DNA of 63,644 nt from Carcharhinus longimanus (taxonomy: Eukaryota): the NCBI GenBank assembly GCA_030264375.1, contig JASCQW010000190.1, positions 102,042,904 to 102,106,547 of the forward strand, read 5' to 3'. The notes below the pieces were generated by a model. That model saw only the letters and a list, made by a program, of their open reading frames with translations, was not told the origin of the DNA and made no database searches. Numbering within the stretch: position 1 is the first letter of the stretch; each line of letters begins with the position of its first letter. Shown here in pieces: positions 26,361 through 39,285 of this stretch. Both the position numbers and the translations under genes were made by a program.

Positions 26361-29217
26361 CCAATTTCATAGCTTCACCTCACCCTCAGACATATAGCAC
26401 TACTTCAAGGCTCACACGTACATCTCATAGCTTGCATGCACTGACAGCTGTTCAATCATGACAGCCACATCATGCAAACAAACTGCACCACACTCACTAA
26501 AACTTTTCTTCTTGTGTCAAAATCAAAGTGTCACATAACTGGAGAGACCAGGAGCTAACCATCTACAGACAGGCATTCCTGTGCTTTCTAACCCCATGTA
26601 GGAGACACTACTAGCCGTTACTGGAACAGCCATCACTGAGACCATGGTCTGTGGCAGTGCTGAAACCATTGAAAATGACTGTGTGTTCATAACTAATCCT
26701 CATTCTCACATCTCTCTCATACCACACTTCAACCAACAACCTACCCATCAACATCCCAATCAGGAAACCCCCAGGACCTTTTTTCCCAGTGCCCGACCTC
26801 TTGCACCACCCCCTCCCTCAAAAAAAACAGAATCAGAACAGAATTCAGCAACAGACACAAAACCTCCCCAACCAGGAAACCCCCAANNNNNNNNNNNNNN
26901 NNNNNNNNNNNNNNNNNNNNNNNNNNNNNNNNNNCCCCAGAAACACATAAACCCCTGACCTAGCAGCCCCCTCCTCTGAATACACACCAGCTCAACAACC
27001 ACCTCCCTCCATCCACCTAAAAAATGACAAAAGCAGACCATCACCATGTTTTTCTTTGTTCGCTCTCCCCCCTCCCCCCCACCTACTCCTTCTCTTCTGC
27101 CACACAGGGGTGCCCCCACTCACCATCCCACACAACAAAAAACTAACATGGATGATAATATACAATATATATGAAAAAGGCCTAGGAGGCAAGAAGACAA
27201 CAAGCCACAAGGTAAGGGCAAGGCATCACAAGGAGCAAAAGGGTTGAACGTGAGCCAAAACAAAAGTGGCAGAGCACGAAGAAAAGGGAACATGTCCTCT
27301 CTCTGTCTGACCCCAAAAATCTCTCTCGTCTCATCTATTCATTTGCAAGCTGCAGATAAGCTTCTTCTTCTCCTTCTTGCTTCTCTTCTCCATCACCACA
27401 GCACTACTTTTGTGCCTTCCTTCTTTCAGATATCCCAGAAACCAGAGACTGGAAAAGCAGAAAGACAGTAATGAAAAAGAAATACATACCTAGGGTTTAA
27501 CAAAACACATTACATTTGGGCCAACTGTATAACTATGTGACGCCTTGTAGAGGTAGTGGATGAATTTGTGGCCAATGCTGTACTTTGACAATCCATACAA
27601 AGCTGAAATGAACCATTTTCTCTGTCTTCTACATTCTTGCCTCATGCTCAACCTATGAGATGAGCTGCAAAACCTCTCCTTATCCATGCTCATCCTATAG
27701 TTGCAGTTTATGCCACTGACTAAATGTAAATTTTCCTTGGCAAGCAGAGAACATAGAATTAAAGTCTATCACAGGCAAGGATACCTCCTATCAACAGTGG
27801 CCCATTTTTTTCTCTCGGTGGTGAAGGGATATTACTTGCTGTTCCCAACATATATAACTGTCCACAGGATTTTGCAATCCATCAGTGAAGATGGCCCCTA
27901 AACCGGCATCTGTTTCAGCACAATTCCAACTACAGGGGATCTACAGCATCTGCTAGCAGTGGTTCAGTGTTTCTCTTCAAAATAGCAAAATGGATAATTA
28001 TTACTGAGGCATTCAGAGTCCAAACCAGGAAATATAAAGCAGACAATATAAATTAGATTTAAATTGTGTACATGAAGCAAAATAGCGATTGAAGTAGCAA
28101 AACAGAAACAAAAAGTAAATGCTTTTCACTGTTTAAAAAATCTCAAACATTAATATTCTTCCAAGGCAATGAGGCTCCACACCTGTAAAACTAATTTCCT
28201 AAGGCCCGGTGAAGACATGTGCCAGGATTGTCCTTTTCTATCCAGCTCCTTGTTTGACGCACACACACACGCACACACCCTGGCAGTAGGACTCCCACCC
28301 ACAAATTGTCAGGGTCTCTATAGATCAATACTGATCACCAACAAGTCTGATAACTAATTCCTTGTATCCTGTAGTGTTGGCAAATATCACTGAATAGTCT
28401 CAGCAATTAACTCCGTGTATAGTTCCCCCTGATAATGTAGAAAGGGGAGCTTTACACTTCCAAGGGTAGGTTGGTATTTGGATGAGGGTTCCACTCACTC
28501 GTTGACTCCATGCTGCTTTAACAAATGCAGATTAGCACCATTCTAAATATGTTTATTTTCTTGCCTTAAAGAAATTGTCTTTTAAAGAATATGTATTTGA
28601 CTACTGATGTAATTAAAGAGTACCATTCTACATGCATAAGTTACATCATCATGGCACATTCTTCTATCAGTCCTATGAGATGCAGATGGGAAACAGCACA
28701 CTAACTTACGTTGACTAACTTTGTAAGGCCAACTGCTTCATATTCTGCATGAATTTTGTGGTGGAAGAGTTGAACTCACTACCTTAGGAATCTCCTTCCA
28801 TAATACTTTCACCAGCCTATTGTGTGGTTTCCATACTCAATCCCCCGTATGGGGATATGAGTCTGGCATATATGACCATTTGTGTCTCCTATCAATAGGT
28901 TGGGGACTGAACCAGATATCCTTAGTCCTTTTTGAGGGTAACCTCCTGTTGCAGCCTTTATGAACCTTTTCAGCCATTGTAAACACAAAATACATGCAGA
29001 CCCTTTATTCAAAGACAGTAACTTCAACTCATCCAACTACTGGGCATTCCAATGCTGCCATTCCACCCAGAGTATTTGACAAAGAGTTTATTAGGAAAGT
29101 TGAGTGGATAAGCTATGGAACAGGCCAAAATCCTACACCCCAGCTAACCAATTTATAGGACTAAACCTGTGTTGATGCTTGTTGATCTTTTAGTTGCAGA
29201 TCCACCTTCCAGCCTCA

Positions 29218-29340
29218 GCCAGAACTCTACCACTTCACCCGCCATGGAATCGGAGCAGGCGAGGGTTCGACAATGGAAATCTCCATTGACCTCGGGCGGG
29301 AGTTTCTGGTCTTGCTCGAGCGAGGCTGTAAAATTCAGGG
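29218..29340. mobile_element. Short MITE-like repeat (same family as 62190-62315)
   Basis: Shares ccagaactct..ccatggaatc...atggaaatctccattgacctc...cgaggc..taaaat with 62190-62315. Ends are weakly inverted. Confidence 0.7.
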
Positions 29341-30789
29341 GACCAAGTGTTTTCAGTTTCCAACATTTTCAATTTTTCTTTTTACCCTTCACATTTTTGC
29401 CATTATATCTCCCCATACTTCAACACCAGAGGCAGTTCTCCAGGTGAGCCCATGCCCAACTGATTGTTTGAAGGGTTTTTGTGTGTCCAATAACACACTG
29501 TGCAATGCATCAGTCTTACAGCAGGTGAAAGAGAAAGAAAACAGAATGCACTTTTAACCCTTTCATCTTGCTCAGATTCTAACTCAATTGAGAACATTAG
29601 ACATAGCAGTGGACGGATTAGAATGCTAGTCATCATTTGAACCATAAAAGCTCAATTAGGTGGGTGCTTACAAGGGTCAGTCTCTCAGCTGTGAAATATT
29701 CAGAGCCACAAGCTTACAAAAAATTACCAGAATTCATTTGTCCCTAGTACTAACAGCCAGCAATGACAAAAAATATTCCCGTTTATCATGACTGTAAAGA
29801 GTGAAGGCTTGTACAATCTATTTCACAAAAGTTTAAAAGGTTCTGCAATCAGTCACTTTATATTCAAACATCATGAATTGACTTAATGTGTATGTGGTCT
29901 CTTTGAACAGGGTATAACTACTTGAGTTGCATGCACTACAAAATCAGAATGCATTAAAGGAGATCTGAAGGGATATGGAAAACATTGTGATGCTTCATGG
30001 TATTCAAAATCAGACATAATGATTGAAAGTAGAAGTGTTCATTATTATCTAGTCCCATATATTCAAATAAAGAATTTTGTTGTAATCCCCCACAGATTAT
30101 AGACTTAGCTAATGAGAAGTAAGGTTTTATGTTCCATTAAGTTCAACCTGTGATGAAGAGGGAGTAGGTTTTTTTTCATTTTCTCTGTAGATTACAGCCT
30201 GTTAGGTTACCAGGTGGGACTATCTGAGCATCAAACCTCTAACGATCAATCAATCCTTTGCTTAAACAGTTTAAGGATGTCTTGTCGTTTGCTTTAAACT
30301 GGAGTTGCTTTTCAGTCAACCTCAAAGGCAAAAAGCCTTCTTACATGTCTACATTAGCCTTATAGGTTAACCTCTCTCAAACTTTCAATGGCACTTCATT
30401 GAAGTGATGCTGACTGCTCTCACATATTGTCAAAATCAAGGGTCAGTAGCTTTCCCTTTTAGCCTTTTGAAGATCCCTGGTTATTAAGAAGGCGCTTTGT
30501 AGTAACCCCGGTGAGGTAGGAACCAAGCTGTCCAGCTGCAGTAAGGATATGGACACTTCAAATGTATCTCACAAATCTACATTGCACGACATGAAAGTTT
30601 TCCAATCTTCCTCCCGATCTAAAAGAAAGTTGGTGCAGTTTTGATTCGTACGTCTGAAGATTTTTTTTTAATCTCTCACACATTCCTCTGGAGAGTATCA
30701 GTCTTTCAAACCCGTTATTAGTGAATATATTTTAGATATCAAACAGCTGATGCAACTTTTATTCGAATTTACTATGCTGGCTCTCTAAG

Positions 30790-31245
30790 AGAGCAATTCA
30801 GCTCATTTTGATTCCCTCACCCTTTCACAATAACTCTGTAATCATATTTTCATCTTCATCTGTTTATCCAAATCCCTTTTGAAAGCCATAATTGAATGAA
30901 ATTTCACCACCCTGTCTGTCAGAGTATCCCAGAGTCTCACCATTCACTGGGCAAAAACATGTTTTCTCACATCATCTTTGGTTCTTTTTGCGAGTTACCT
31001 GAATTCTGTGCCCTTTGGTTCTCAGCCCCTCTGACAAAGGGAACAGTTTCTCTCTATCTGCTCTGTCTGGGCCCCCGATAACTTTGAACACGTCTACAAA
31101 GGACATTGGATATACACTTGAAAAGGGAACATTTTTAGGGCTATGAAGCAAGAGTAGGGGTGAGATACTCCTACCCTTTAAAGTGTATCTTTAAAGTAGG
31201 TACAATGGACAAATAGCTTCCTTCTGTACTATGTGATTCTGTTTC
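30790..31245. mobile_element. Two decayed CR1 3' fragments in opposite orientation
   Basis: Minus-strand CR1 3' region at about 30790-31090 and a plus-strand 3' end at about 31095-31245. Confidence 0.6.
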
Positions 31246-33254
31246 ATATCTATTTCATTCTGTGAAATAAAGTTGGTGAGTTAATGAGTTGGGGTGCTGG
31301 GCACAGAATTCACTGAGTCCAGATTTTGAAATGAGTTCCTTTCTGTAATAGTACAAAGTAAGCAATATGATTTGTGACAGATGTACAACTTCCTCTCAGA
31401 TATGTAATGTCCCATCTAACAGCTAGGAATTGTCGAATTCATCACACAAAGGGACTCCATTGCATTGGCACTGTTGAGGTGACTGCACATGATGGATTGC
31501 TAGATCTGAATGGAATCAGCAGGAGAGCAGTACCCAATGCTCAAGGGCAGTGTCACTGTCCAAGCAAATGAAAAATAAGGGGAGCCGAAATGCTGGTGCT
31601 GGCAACAGCAAGGGAGGACTGAAGGGTGGGAAGGAGCCAGATGGTGTGTCTTTCTTTAGAAACAAGGGGAAAGGTCCTTGGAGAGCAATGAGCGAAGAAA
31701 ATACTGGATTTTGAAGTAGCAATGATAGAATAATAGCTAGGAAAGTGCAGTAATAGCAGGATAAAAGTTGAACGAGGAGCTGAGGGAATCGCGGACAGAA
31801 ACACAAAGTCTGGGTGAGAGAGACAGAGTGAGTGTTGGTGCAAGAGATAATGATGATAGCAGAGTATCAAGAGCTTGAGATTAAGATTGAGAATTATACT
31901 GGAGCCGAGACCTGTAATGAGAGCTCAACTAAGATGGAGCAGTTTAACCGAAGTAGCTCTTTGGAGATCGACAGGATTGGATGAAACACTGGTTTTATTA
32001 AGTGCCCAATCTACACTATTGAAATAATACTGGGCAATGTATGAAACTACTCTTTCAGATGACATAGTGCATTTCCTGCCTGGTTATAATTACTGGAGGA
32101 AATGTTGATGAGGAAAGTGGTATACATAAAGTAGCAGAGATTATTCTGCTGAAGCAGAGAGGAATACATCTGGGTAAAATATGTTTCAGAAAAGCCCATG
32201 TGTCCAAAGAGTTGCCTTAACTCAGAGTTCATAATTTGAGTATGGCAGAAGCTAGAGAAAGTGGACATCTTCACACAGTGAAAAGTTCAGTCCAAAGAAG
32301 AAGAAAGTGACCTCCAGAATGATTGTGTGAGAGAGTGCGAGCGTGTGAAAGAGGACCTGTGAGAAACCTAGCAATAGAAAGGGAGAAAAGACAAGAAACT
32401 GTTACAACTCATTTAGATTAGAGGAAAGTGATGAAGAGTTGGTCCATTTCACCATCAAACAATAGGGATAACCTGTTTTTTGGAGCTGTGCAGTTACAAA
32501 AATAGACTTGTTAAAGCCTGGAATGAAGGTATGAGAAGGTGCTTGGCTGTGCATAGCCTTGTCTAGTGTGAAGATATATGATACATTCTAAATGTGAATT
32601 ATTTTGTAGAATTCTGATAGCACAACTTGTTGCTATAGTGTGCAGCAACTTGATCCAAATCCATTTCACAAAGGTAAGGACAGTTAAGGATCCTACCAAG
32701 CTTATCCACTCATAGAAATCTCTCTTACTCTCTTCTTCCAGTATCTACTTGCCTTCTGGATGACTCCAGAGATTTACCTCCAAAATCATTCCAGATATTT
32801 GCAGGAAGAAGTTCAATAGGTGTCCTTCAATGATCAGAATTGGCCACAATATCCAAGATGCAAGCAAATAACAGTGGCAGAGTTTCAGCATGAATGGTGG
32901 AGGGAGTGGATGTTTGACTAAAGCAGTGCCACTTTCAACCTCCACACTCCAGCTAATACACTCAAAACCCAACAGCTGCAAGAAATCCCTCACCATTGCT
33001 ATTTAAAGGGATCATTAACTACTTTCAATTGCTGATTGATTTCTACTGGCCCTTGCTGAGTTCTCAGAAGAGTTGTGAATTTTCCACTGCTTTTTCATAT
33101 TGGCAAACTCAGTGGTGGGTTGTCATACAGGCGGTGAACCTTTTGTTTGCACTCACAGATTCTGCTCAGGCCACTCACTCTCAGTCACTGATGTGGTAGT
33201 TTCCATTTCCCTTGGTATACAACATAAGTGGTAGAACACGCAGAAAAAAAGACA

Positions 33255-33410
33255 CAGCACTGCCAGCAACTATGAAGGTGACCTTACCTTCATGAACTTG
33301 CATTCTCCCTGAACAGAGGGAAGCAGGAGATGTGACATGTAGCTTCACCAGGATAACAGCTTCTTCAGGGCTTCCACTGACTGCACACAGATTGTTTTAA
33401 AAGTCTATCT
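33255..33410 (+). mobile_element. Decayed, internally deleted Harbinger transposase fragment
   Basis: TALPATMKVT, then FSLNRGKQE..FTRI...DCT, resembling the LPVAVKVT and GFP.VQGAIDCTH motifs. Confidence 0.5.
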
Positions 33411-33542
33411 CTAAAGCAGAGGCAGGCTGCAGCTGTAAAGGGGGCCTCTCCTGAGTGTGCAGTTAGTATGTGACTATGCAGCACATCATGTGGGTGAATA
33501 CACAGTTTCCCAGCAGCAGTCATATATTCTGCATCAGTTTAG

Positions 33543-33768
33543 TTGGGTCAGTTTACTCAGTTGGCTGGACAGCTGGTTTGTGATGCAGAGTGATGCAAAC
33601 AGCACAGGTTCAGTTCCTGTATGGGCTGAGGTTAATTATGAAGGCCTCACCTTCTTAACATTGCCCCTCACCTGAGGTGAGATGATCCTCAAGTTAAATC
33701 ACTACAACTCATTTCTCTCTCAAAGGGAGAGCAGTCTATGATCATTCTGGGATTATGGCAACTTTACC
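33543..33768 (+). mobile_element. tRNA-derived SINE of a further family
   Basis: A-box-like tactcagttgg and B-box-like ggttcagttcc, then a body of about 150 bp ending tatggcaactttacc. Confidence 0.7.
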
Positions 33769-34122
33769 ATACCTATTCTGCACCAATCCATTAGATGTTG
33801 TCTTTGATCCACAATATCAGGCCAGAGATTGATACTACATGACAAGGGCTAGCCACTGACCACCACATTTATGTCTTTAGTGCCCAACCCCAGCACATGT
33901 GGGCAGCATGAGAATAACAATTGCTAGCTGCCACATTAAAATGTCATTGAGGGGAGACACAGGGTGCTTAATATTTGATGAGGTGCCACATAAAAGGCTA
34001 CTGAAAATGTACCATTAGTAATGCTGCTTCTGATTGCACCACCTTGCCCCATGTGGCAGTGGTCTGGGGCATTGGTGGATTCATACTGGAGGGAGGATAA
34101 ATGCTGTCAGTCTGAGGATGAA

Positions 34123-35890
34123 CACAGTAAGAAGTTTCACAACACCAGGTTAAAGTCCAACAGGTTTATTTGGTAATAAACGCCACTAGCTTCCAGAACG
34201 CAGTTCCTTCGTCAGGTGAGTGGGGAGTTCTGATCACAAACAGGGCATATAAAGGCACACACAGTTTACAGAATACTGANNNNNNNNNNNNNNNNNNNNN
34301 NNNNNNNNNNNNNNNNNNNNNNNNNNNNNNNNNNNNNNNNNNNNNNNNNNNNNNNNNNNNNNNNNNNNNNNNNNNNNNNNNNNNNNNNNNNNNNNNNNNN
34401 NNNNNNNNNNNNNNNNNNNNNNNNNNNNNNNNNNNNNNNNNNNNNNNNNNNNNNNNNNNNNNNNNNNNNNNNNNNNNNNNNNNNNNNNNNNNNNNNNNNN
34501 NNNNNNNNNNNNNNNNNNNNNNNNNNNNNNNNNNNNNNNNNNNNNNNNNNNNNNNNNNNNNNNNNNNNNNNNNNNNNNNNNNNNNNNNNNNNNNNNNNNN
34601 NNNNNNNNNNNNNNNNNNNNNNNNNNNNNNNNNNNNNNNNNNNNNNNNNNNNNNNNNNNNNNNNNNNNNNNNNNNNNNNNNNNNNNNNNNNNNNNNNNNN
34701 NNNNNNNNNNNNNNNNNNNNNNNNNNNNNNNNNNNNNNNNNNNNNNNNNNNNNNNNNNNNNNNNNNNNNNNNNNNNNNNNNNNNNNNNNNNNNNNNNNNN
34801 NNNNNNNNNNNNNNNNNNNNNNNNNNNNNNNNNNNNNNNNNNNNNNNNNNNNNNNNNNNNNNNNNNNNNNNNNNNNNNNNNNNNNNNNNNNNNNNNNNNN
34901 NNNNNNNNNNNNNNNNNNNNNNNNNNNNNNNNNNNNNNNNNNNNNNNNNNNNNNNNNNNNNNNNNNNNNNNNNNNNNNNNNNNNNNNNNNNNNNNNNNNN
35001 NNNNNNNNNNNNNNNNNNNNNNNNNNNNNNNNNNNNNNNNNNNNNNNNNNNNNNNNNNNNNNNNNNNNNNNNNNNNNNNNNNNNNNNNNNNNNNNNNNNN
35101 NNNNNNNNNNNNNNNNNNNNNNNNNNNNNNNNNNNNNNNNNNNNNNNNNNNNNNNNNTGTTCTTAAGAGGGCATCTTTCAGTGTCTGGAGGTGTCTGTTG
35201 TGATCCTTCTCATTTGAGCAGATCCTGTGTATACTGAGGGCTTGTCCGTAGGGTGGGGCTTCTTAGCATATTTCGGGTGGAATCTGGCGAAGTGGAGCAT
35301 TGTGAGGATATCTGTGGGCTTGCTGTACTGTGAGGTGCTGAGGTGACCGTCCTTAACTGAGATGCGTGTGTCCAAGAATGCAACCGATTCTGGAGAATGG
35401 TCCACAGTGAGTCTGATGATGGGATGGAACTTGTTGATGTCATCATATAGTTGTTTCAGTGATTGTTCACGATGAGTCCAAAGGAAGAAAATGTCATCGA
35501 TGTATCTAGTGTATAGCATTGGTTGAACGTCCTGTGCGGTGAAGAAGTCTTGTTCGATCCTGTGCATGAAGATGTTGGCATATTGAGATGCGAATTTGGT
35601 CTCCATGCCTGTTCCATCTGTCTGGATGAAGAACTGGTTGTTGAAGTTGAAGACATTGTGGTCTAGGATGAAGCTGATGAGTTGTAAAATCGCATCTGGA
35701 AACTGGCAGCTGTTGGTGTTGAGTACTGAGGCAGCTGCAACAATGCCATCGTCGTGGGGGTGCTGGTGTAGAGTGCTGAGATATCCATTGTGATGAGGAG
35801 TGCCCCTGGTTCAACTGCTCCATGTGAGCTGAGTTTCTGTAGAAAGGCTGTGGTGTAGTCATCAACTACACTAGTCTGTAGTCATCGACA
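34123..35890 (-). mobile_element. 5'-truncated Penelope-like retroelement (RT pseudogene and terminal repeat)
   Basis: Minus strand gives MDISALY...PHDDGI, then GTGMETKFASQYANIFM...YTRYIDDIFFLW...VAFLDTRI...YSKPTD (PLE RT, frameshifted). The terminal repeat at 34123-34280 has a hammerhead-like core. Flanked by a 17-bp direct repeat. Confidence 0.92.
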
Positions 35891-36609
35891 CAGTCTGAGG
35901 ATGGACAGCAGGTTTGCCATCAAAGCCTTCATCTGGATTCTCTGCAACAGAACTCGTTTGTGGTGTCACTATCTAGAGAGCTGGCACTTGTGTTATCTTT
36001 ATCCCCTTTCTCTGCTGGAAGGCCACTTGTGGCTAGTGACTCACTGCATGTGAATGCTGCCACTCTAGTACATTCGAAGGTACACACAGTGCAAGTATCT
36101 GGGTTGGAGGCTGCAGGAATGACATTGAGTGATGGTGTTTTATCATCTCTTCTTCTTTTTGCACCTTTCACTCATGAACCAGGTGGAAATTCTTGGGTAA
36201 CTCAAAAGAAAAAGGCACAAGTATAGAGTTGAGGTTTGGGGAAAAAGTAGGGAAAGCACAATGTTCAGCCTTCCACCATCTACAGCTTGGTATCAGAAGA
36301 GATTGTGGGATGTGAGAAAAGTGGGATGTGAAAAGAAGGATTAAGTATGAGTAAGGCAGAGGGGACAATGTAAGTGAATGTCATGCAATGTGCTTTAGTG
36401 ATGCAGTTGTCATGATTAAATAAGTGGCAGTGTGTGCACTGTGTGAGATACGAGTATAAAACCTGCAGCAGTGTTAAGTGTGTGAAAGTGAGGTGAAGCG
36501 AGTAATGTGAGGTACGAGTCATTATTGATGGAGGTTGTTGTTCTCCAACAGCGAATGACGATGCAGTGAACAATGTGTGAGACCAGTGTTGGTGAAATGT
36601 GACATTTAA

Positions 36610-36790
36610 AGATACTGGCTTTGACCACTTGAGTGAGCTCATTGAACTTCTTTTGCACAGCATCCAGGTGCTTCGGTCAAGACTCCTGGCATTCAGACGC
36701 AATGTTCTGCACTTCCCATTGTTTTCTCAGAATTTGTTTGGGGACCTCCTGCACAGCGATCTCTCTTCTCCTCTCCACATCCTGCACCAA
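36610..36790 (-). mobile_element. Decayed Harbinger Myb/SANT-like protein fragment
   Basis: VERRREI...KQILRKQWE...LNARSLDRSTWM.C.KKFNELTQVVK on the minus strand, with frameshifts. Confidence 0.68.
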
Positions 36791-38257
36791 AAATAAAACA
36801 TTGATGTCAAGGTGAACCCAGGGGCCTGATTTGAGCCATGTTTAACCATACTTGTGCCTTTTCAGTATTCAAATCTGAAGGAATTCCAACATTAACTTCA
36901 GTCAAAATGCACCCCTTCCTTTAAAAGGTACTGCCGGTTGACTTAAAATAGTGCAGGTTAACTTGAACTCACTCTAGCTTTGCAAGATTCTGTGCCACTT
37001 GCTGAACTGTGAAGCCATATAGCAGTGTTCTTAGCATTTGCTGTTTGATGCAATCATGTAAATAAACAGGCAGTATAAAGTATGTGTGCTGTTGCATTGG
37101 AAAAAGCATGCACAGGTTAAATGCATTCCACAATCCCCACACCCGCTTTTGGGCTTTATCCACCTTTTCCCCAAGAATTCTGAAATGACCTTCAATTAAC
37201 ACTCACAATAAACATCCTAATGTTGCAGAGCACCTCTGTCCTGGCTGCACTTTTAATCAGCTGTCACTGCCATCTCCATGCAACTATAAAACGCATTGGA
37301 AGACATGTTATTTCCAATAATAAGCCATAGCCACCAGAATTAGCAACACAAATAAAGCTGACTACAAGTAAAGGTAGATAAAGAGCACACTGTAGAAGAT
37401 GATACGCTAATTATTTAAATGACTGGAGATGGTTGTAGCTCTGGCCAAAGTAAAGCTTATTTCCTTTTCTCAAAAGACTTTTTGGATTCGATCATTAATG
37501 TAACCTCATTTGCAATTTGCAACTATGCAATGTGATTGGCTGTATTTCCCATCATGCCACGATGATTGTTAATCACAGCAGGGCCCTCCTGACAACCTTT
37601 TGTATTATTTTATTGTGTGTCTCATTTTTTTGGAACAGCTCTTATTTTAACTCAATTATGCGAAGGTCCCCATTATCTAACAGAGGCTTAAACTAAACAA
37701 TTTTACATTAATGTCTGAGAAAATGAGCAGATCCAGGGAATGTCATTCATTAGGAGTGACACCTGTGTGACACTCCTAAAAATAATTGGCATTGCGATAG
37801 TTTAAATAGATCTTAAATCTGTGTCAGTCATGTCAATCACTAATTTTAAGAGAGAGATATCTCCCCAGCGTAGACAGATCCAATTAACAGTGCTTCATCA
37901 GATTTCCTGCAGCATTCTAGAATACATTATTAAAATTATACTGAACGAGGGAACTACAGGTGACAGGGCTTTGGGGAATATAGAGTCTATCCTCTAATTG
38001 AAGGCACAATGAATTTACTATGTAAACCTCACTGTGGAATAATGTAACATATTCCTGAATGGACAGTCACATGGTGTTTTCAGCTAATTATTCTTCCTGA
38101 GCATCAACAACAGTTCAGCACTTGACTTTTCTTCTTTTCATAACTCATACCGTTTCAACAGTCATAGTGTTCTCAAACTAGTCAAAGTACTTCCCAAATA
38201 CCTTGGCAAATATGAGCAGTATATTGTTGCCTGTTTGTCTGTAAATAGAGACCTATT

Positions 38258-39285
38258 GTCAAAGGTTTTATTGTCTTGTATTTATTTGGACAAAAGCAAG
38301 AATACCAAATTTCAAATGATCAGAATAATTTATACTACAGGAGAAAAGGATGTTGGTTGGCTGGCAAGTTGACTCTGATAGACTATGGTGTTACCATGGA
38401 GAAAGCAATAGGACATCATAGGCTTAGCAAGCTCTCTTGTAATTTAGAAAAAGAGGTATAAAGATTGAGCATATTTGTTTTGTTCACAGAGAATAGGTTC
38501 CTGTGAATGAAAATGTTTCATTTCCAGCAAGCATAAATGAGCCATGTTATGAGCTTGACTGATTATCTTAATTTGCATAGCTATTAGTGCACTCAGGATT
38601 GTTCAGCAAGTGCTGCCCAAATACAGAATCATGTCAAAAGGTAGGTATTTTGTTTTGGATTTTGCAAGTACAGGCTAGTTGAGTATGGTCTGTACGTATC
38701 TGATTACAAACAACCAAGCATCATGCTGTTTGATTTGAGACATATAAGATGATGAAAGGGATGGATAGAGTAGAAGTGGAGAGGTTCTTCCCACTCAGAA
38801 AGGACAGCAGGACTAGAGGGCTCAAGATAAGGGGGGGGGTGCAGTTTAGAACAGAGTTGAGGAGGAACTTCTTCACTCAAAGGGTGGTAAATCTCTGGAA
38901 TTCTCTGCCCGTTGAAGTNNNNNNNNNNNNNNNNNNNNNNNNNNNNNNNNNNNNNNNNNNNNNNNNNNNNNNNNNNNNNNNNNNNNNNNNNNNNNNNNNN
39001 NNNNNNNNNNNNNNNNNNGGGGAGAAAGCGGGAAAGTGGAACTGAGCCACTTCAGATCAGCCATGATCTTATTGAATGACGGGGCAGGCTCGAAGAGCTA
39101 GATGGCCTACTCCTGCTCCTATTTCTTATGTTCTTATGTTCTTATTATCAGCCAGTCAGACCCATTTCTCCTACAATGGAAATGGTTGAGATTTGAAATT
39201 TGACATTATTGTGTTTGCCCTGATTAGTGAAAGACGAAAAGCTTCAGGACACATGTTTCTTTTCAGCAATATTCAAGTTCAGTTC
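38258..39285 (-). mobile_element. Penelope-like 3' remnant (GIY-YIG region) between inverted terminal repeats, interrupted by a CR1
   Basis: Minus strand 38460-38630 gives DSVFGQHLLNNPECTNSYAN..KIISQAHNMAHLCLLE...EPILCEQ. 38258-38400 and 39147-39285 are inverted relatives of each other and of the arms at 55328-55622. Confidence 0.7.
38735..39146 (+). mobile_element. CR1 3' fragment
   Basis: MMKGMDRVEVERFFPL...FRTELRRNFFTQRVVNLWNSLP, with a (ttcttatg)n tail. Confidence 0.92.

Noticed and set aside
34170-35237. Long ORFs of 170-355 aa here and at about 6479-7129, 22418-23049 and 44453-45560
   Set aside because: They consist almost entirely of N-gap codons.
37751-37778. Small palindrome taggagtg...cactccta
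   Set aside because: An 8-bp stem is expected by chance in a window this size.
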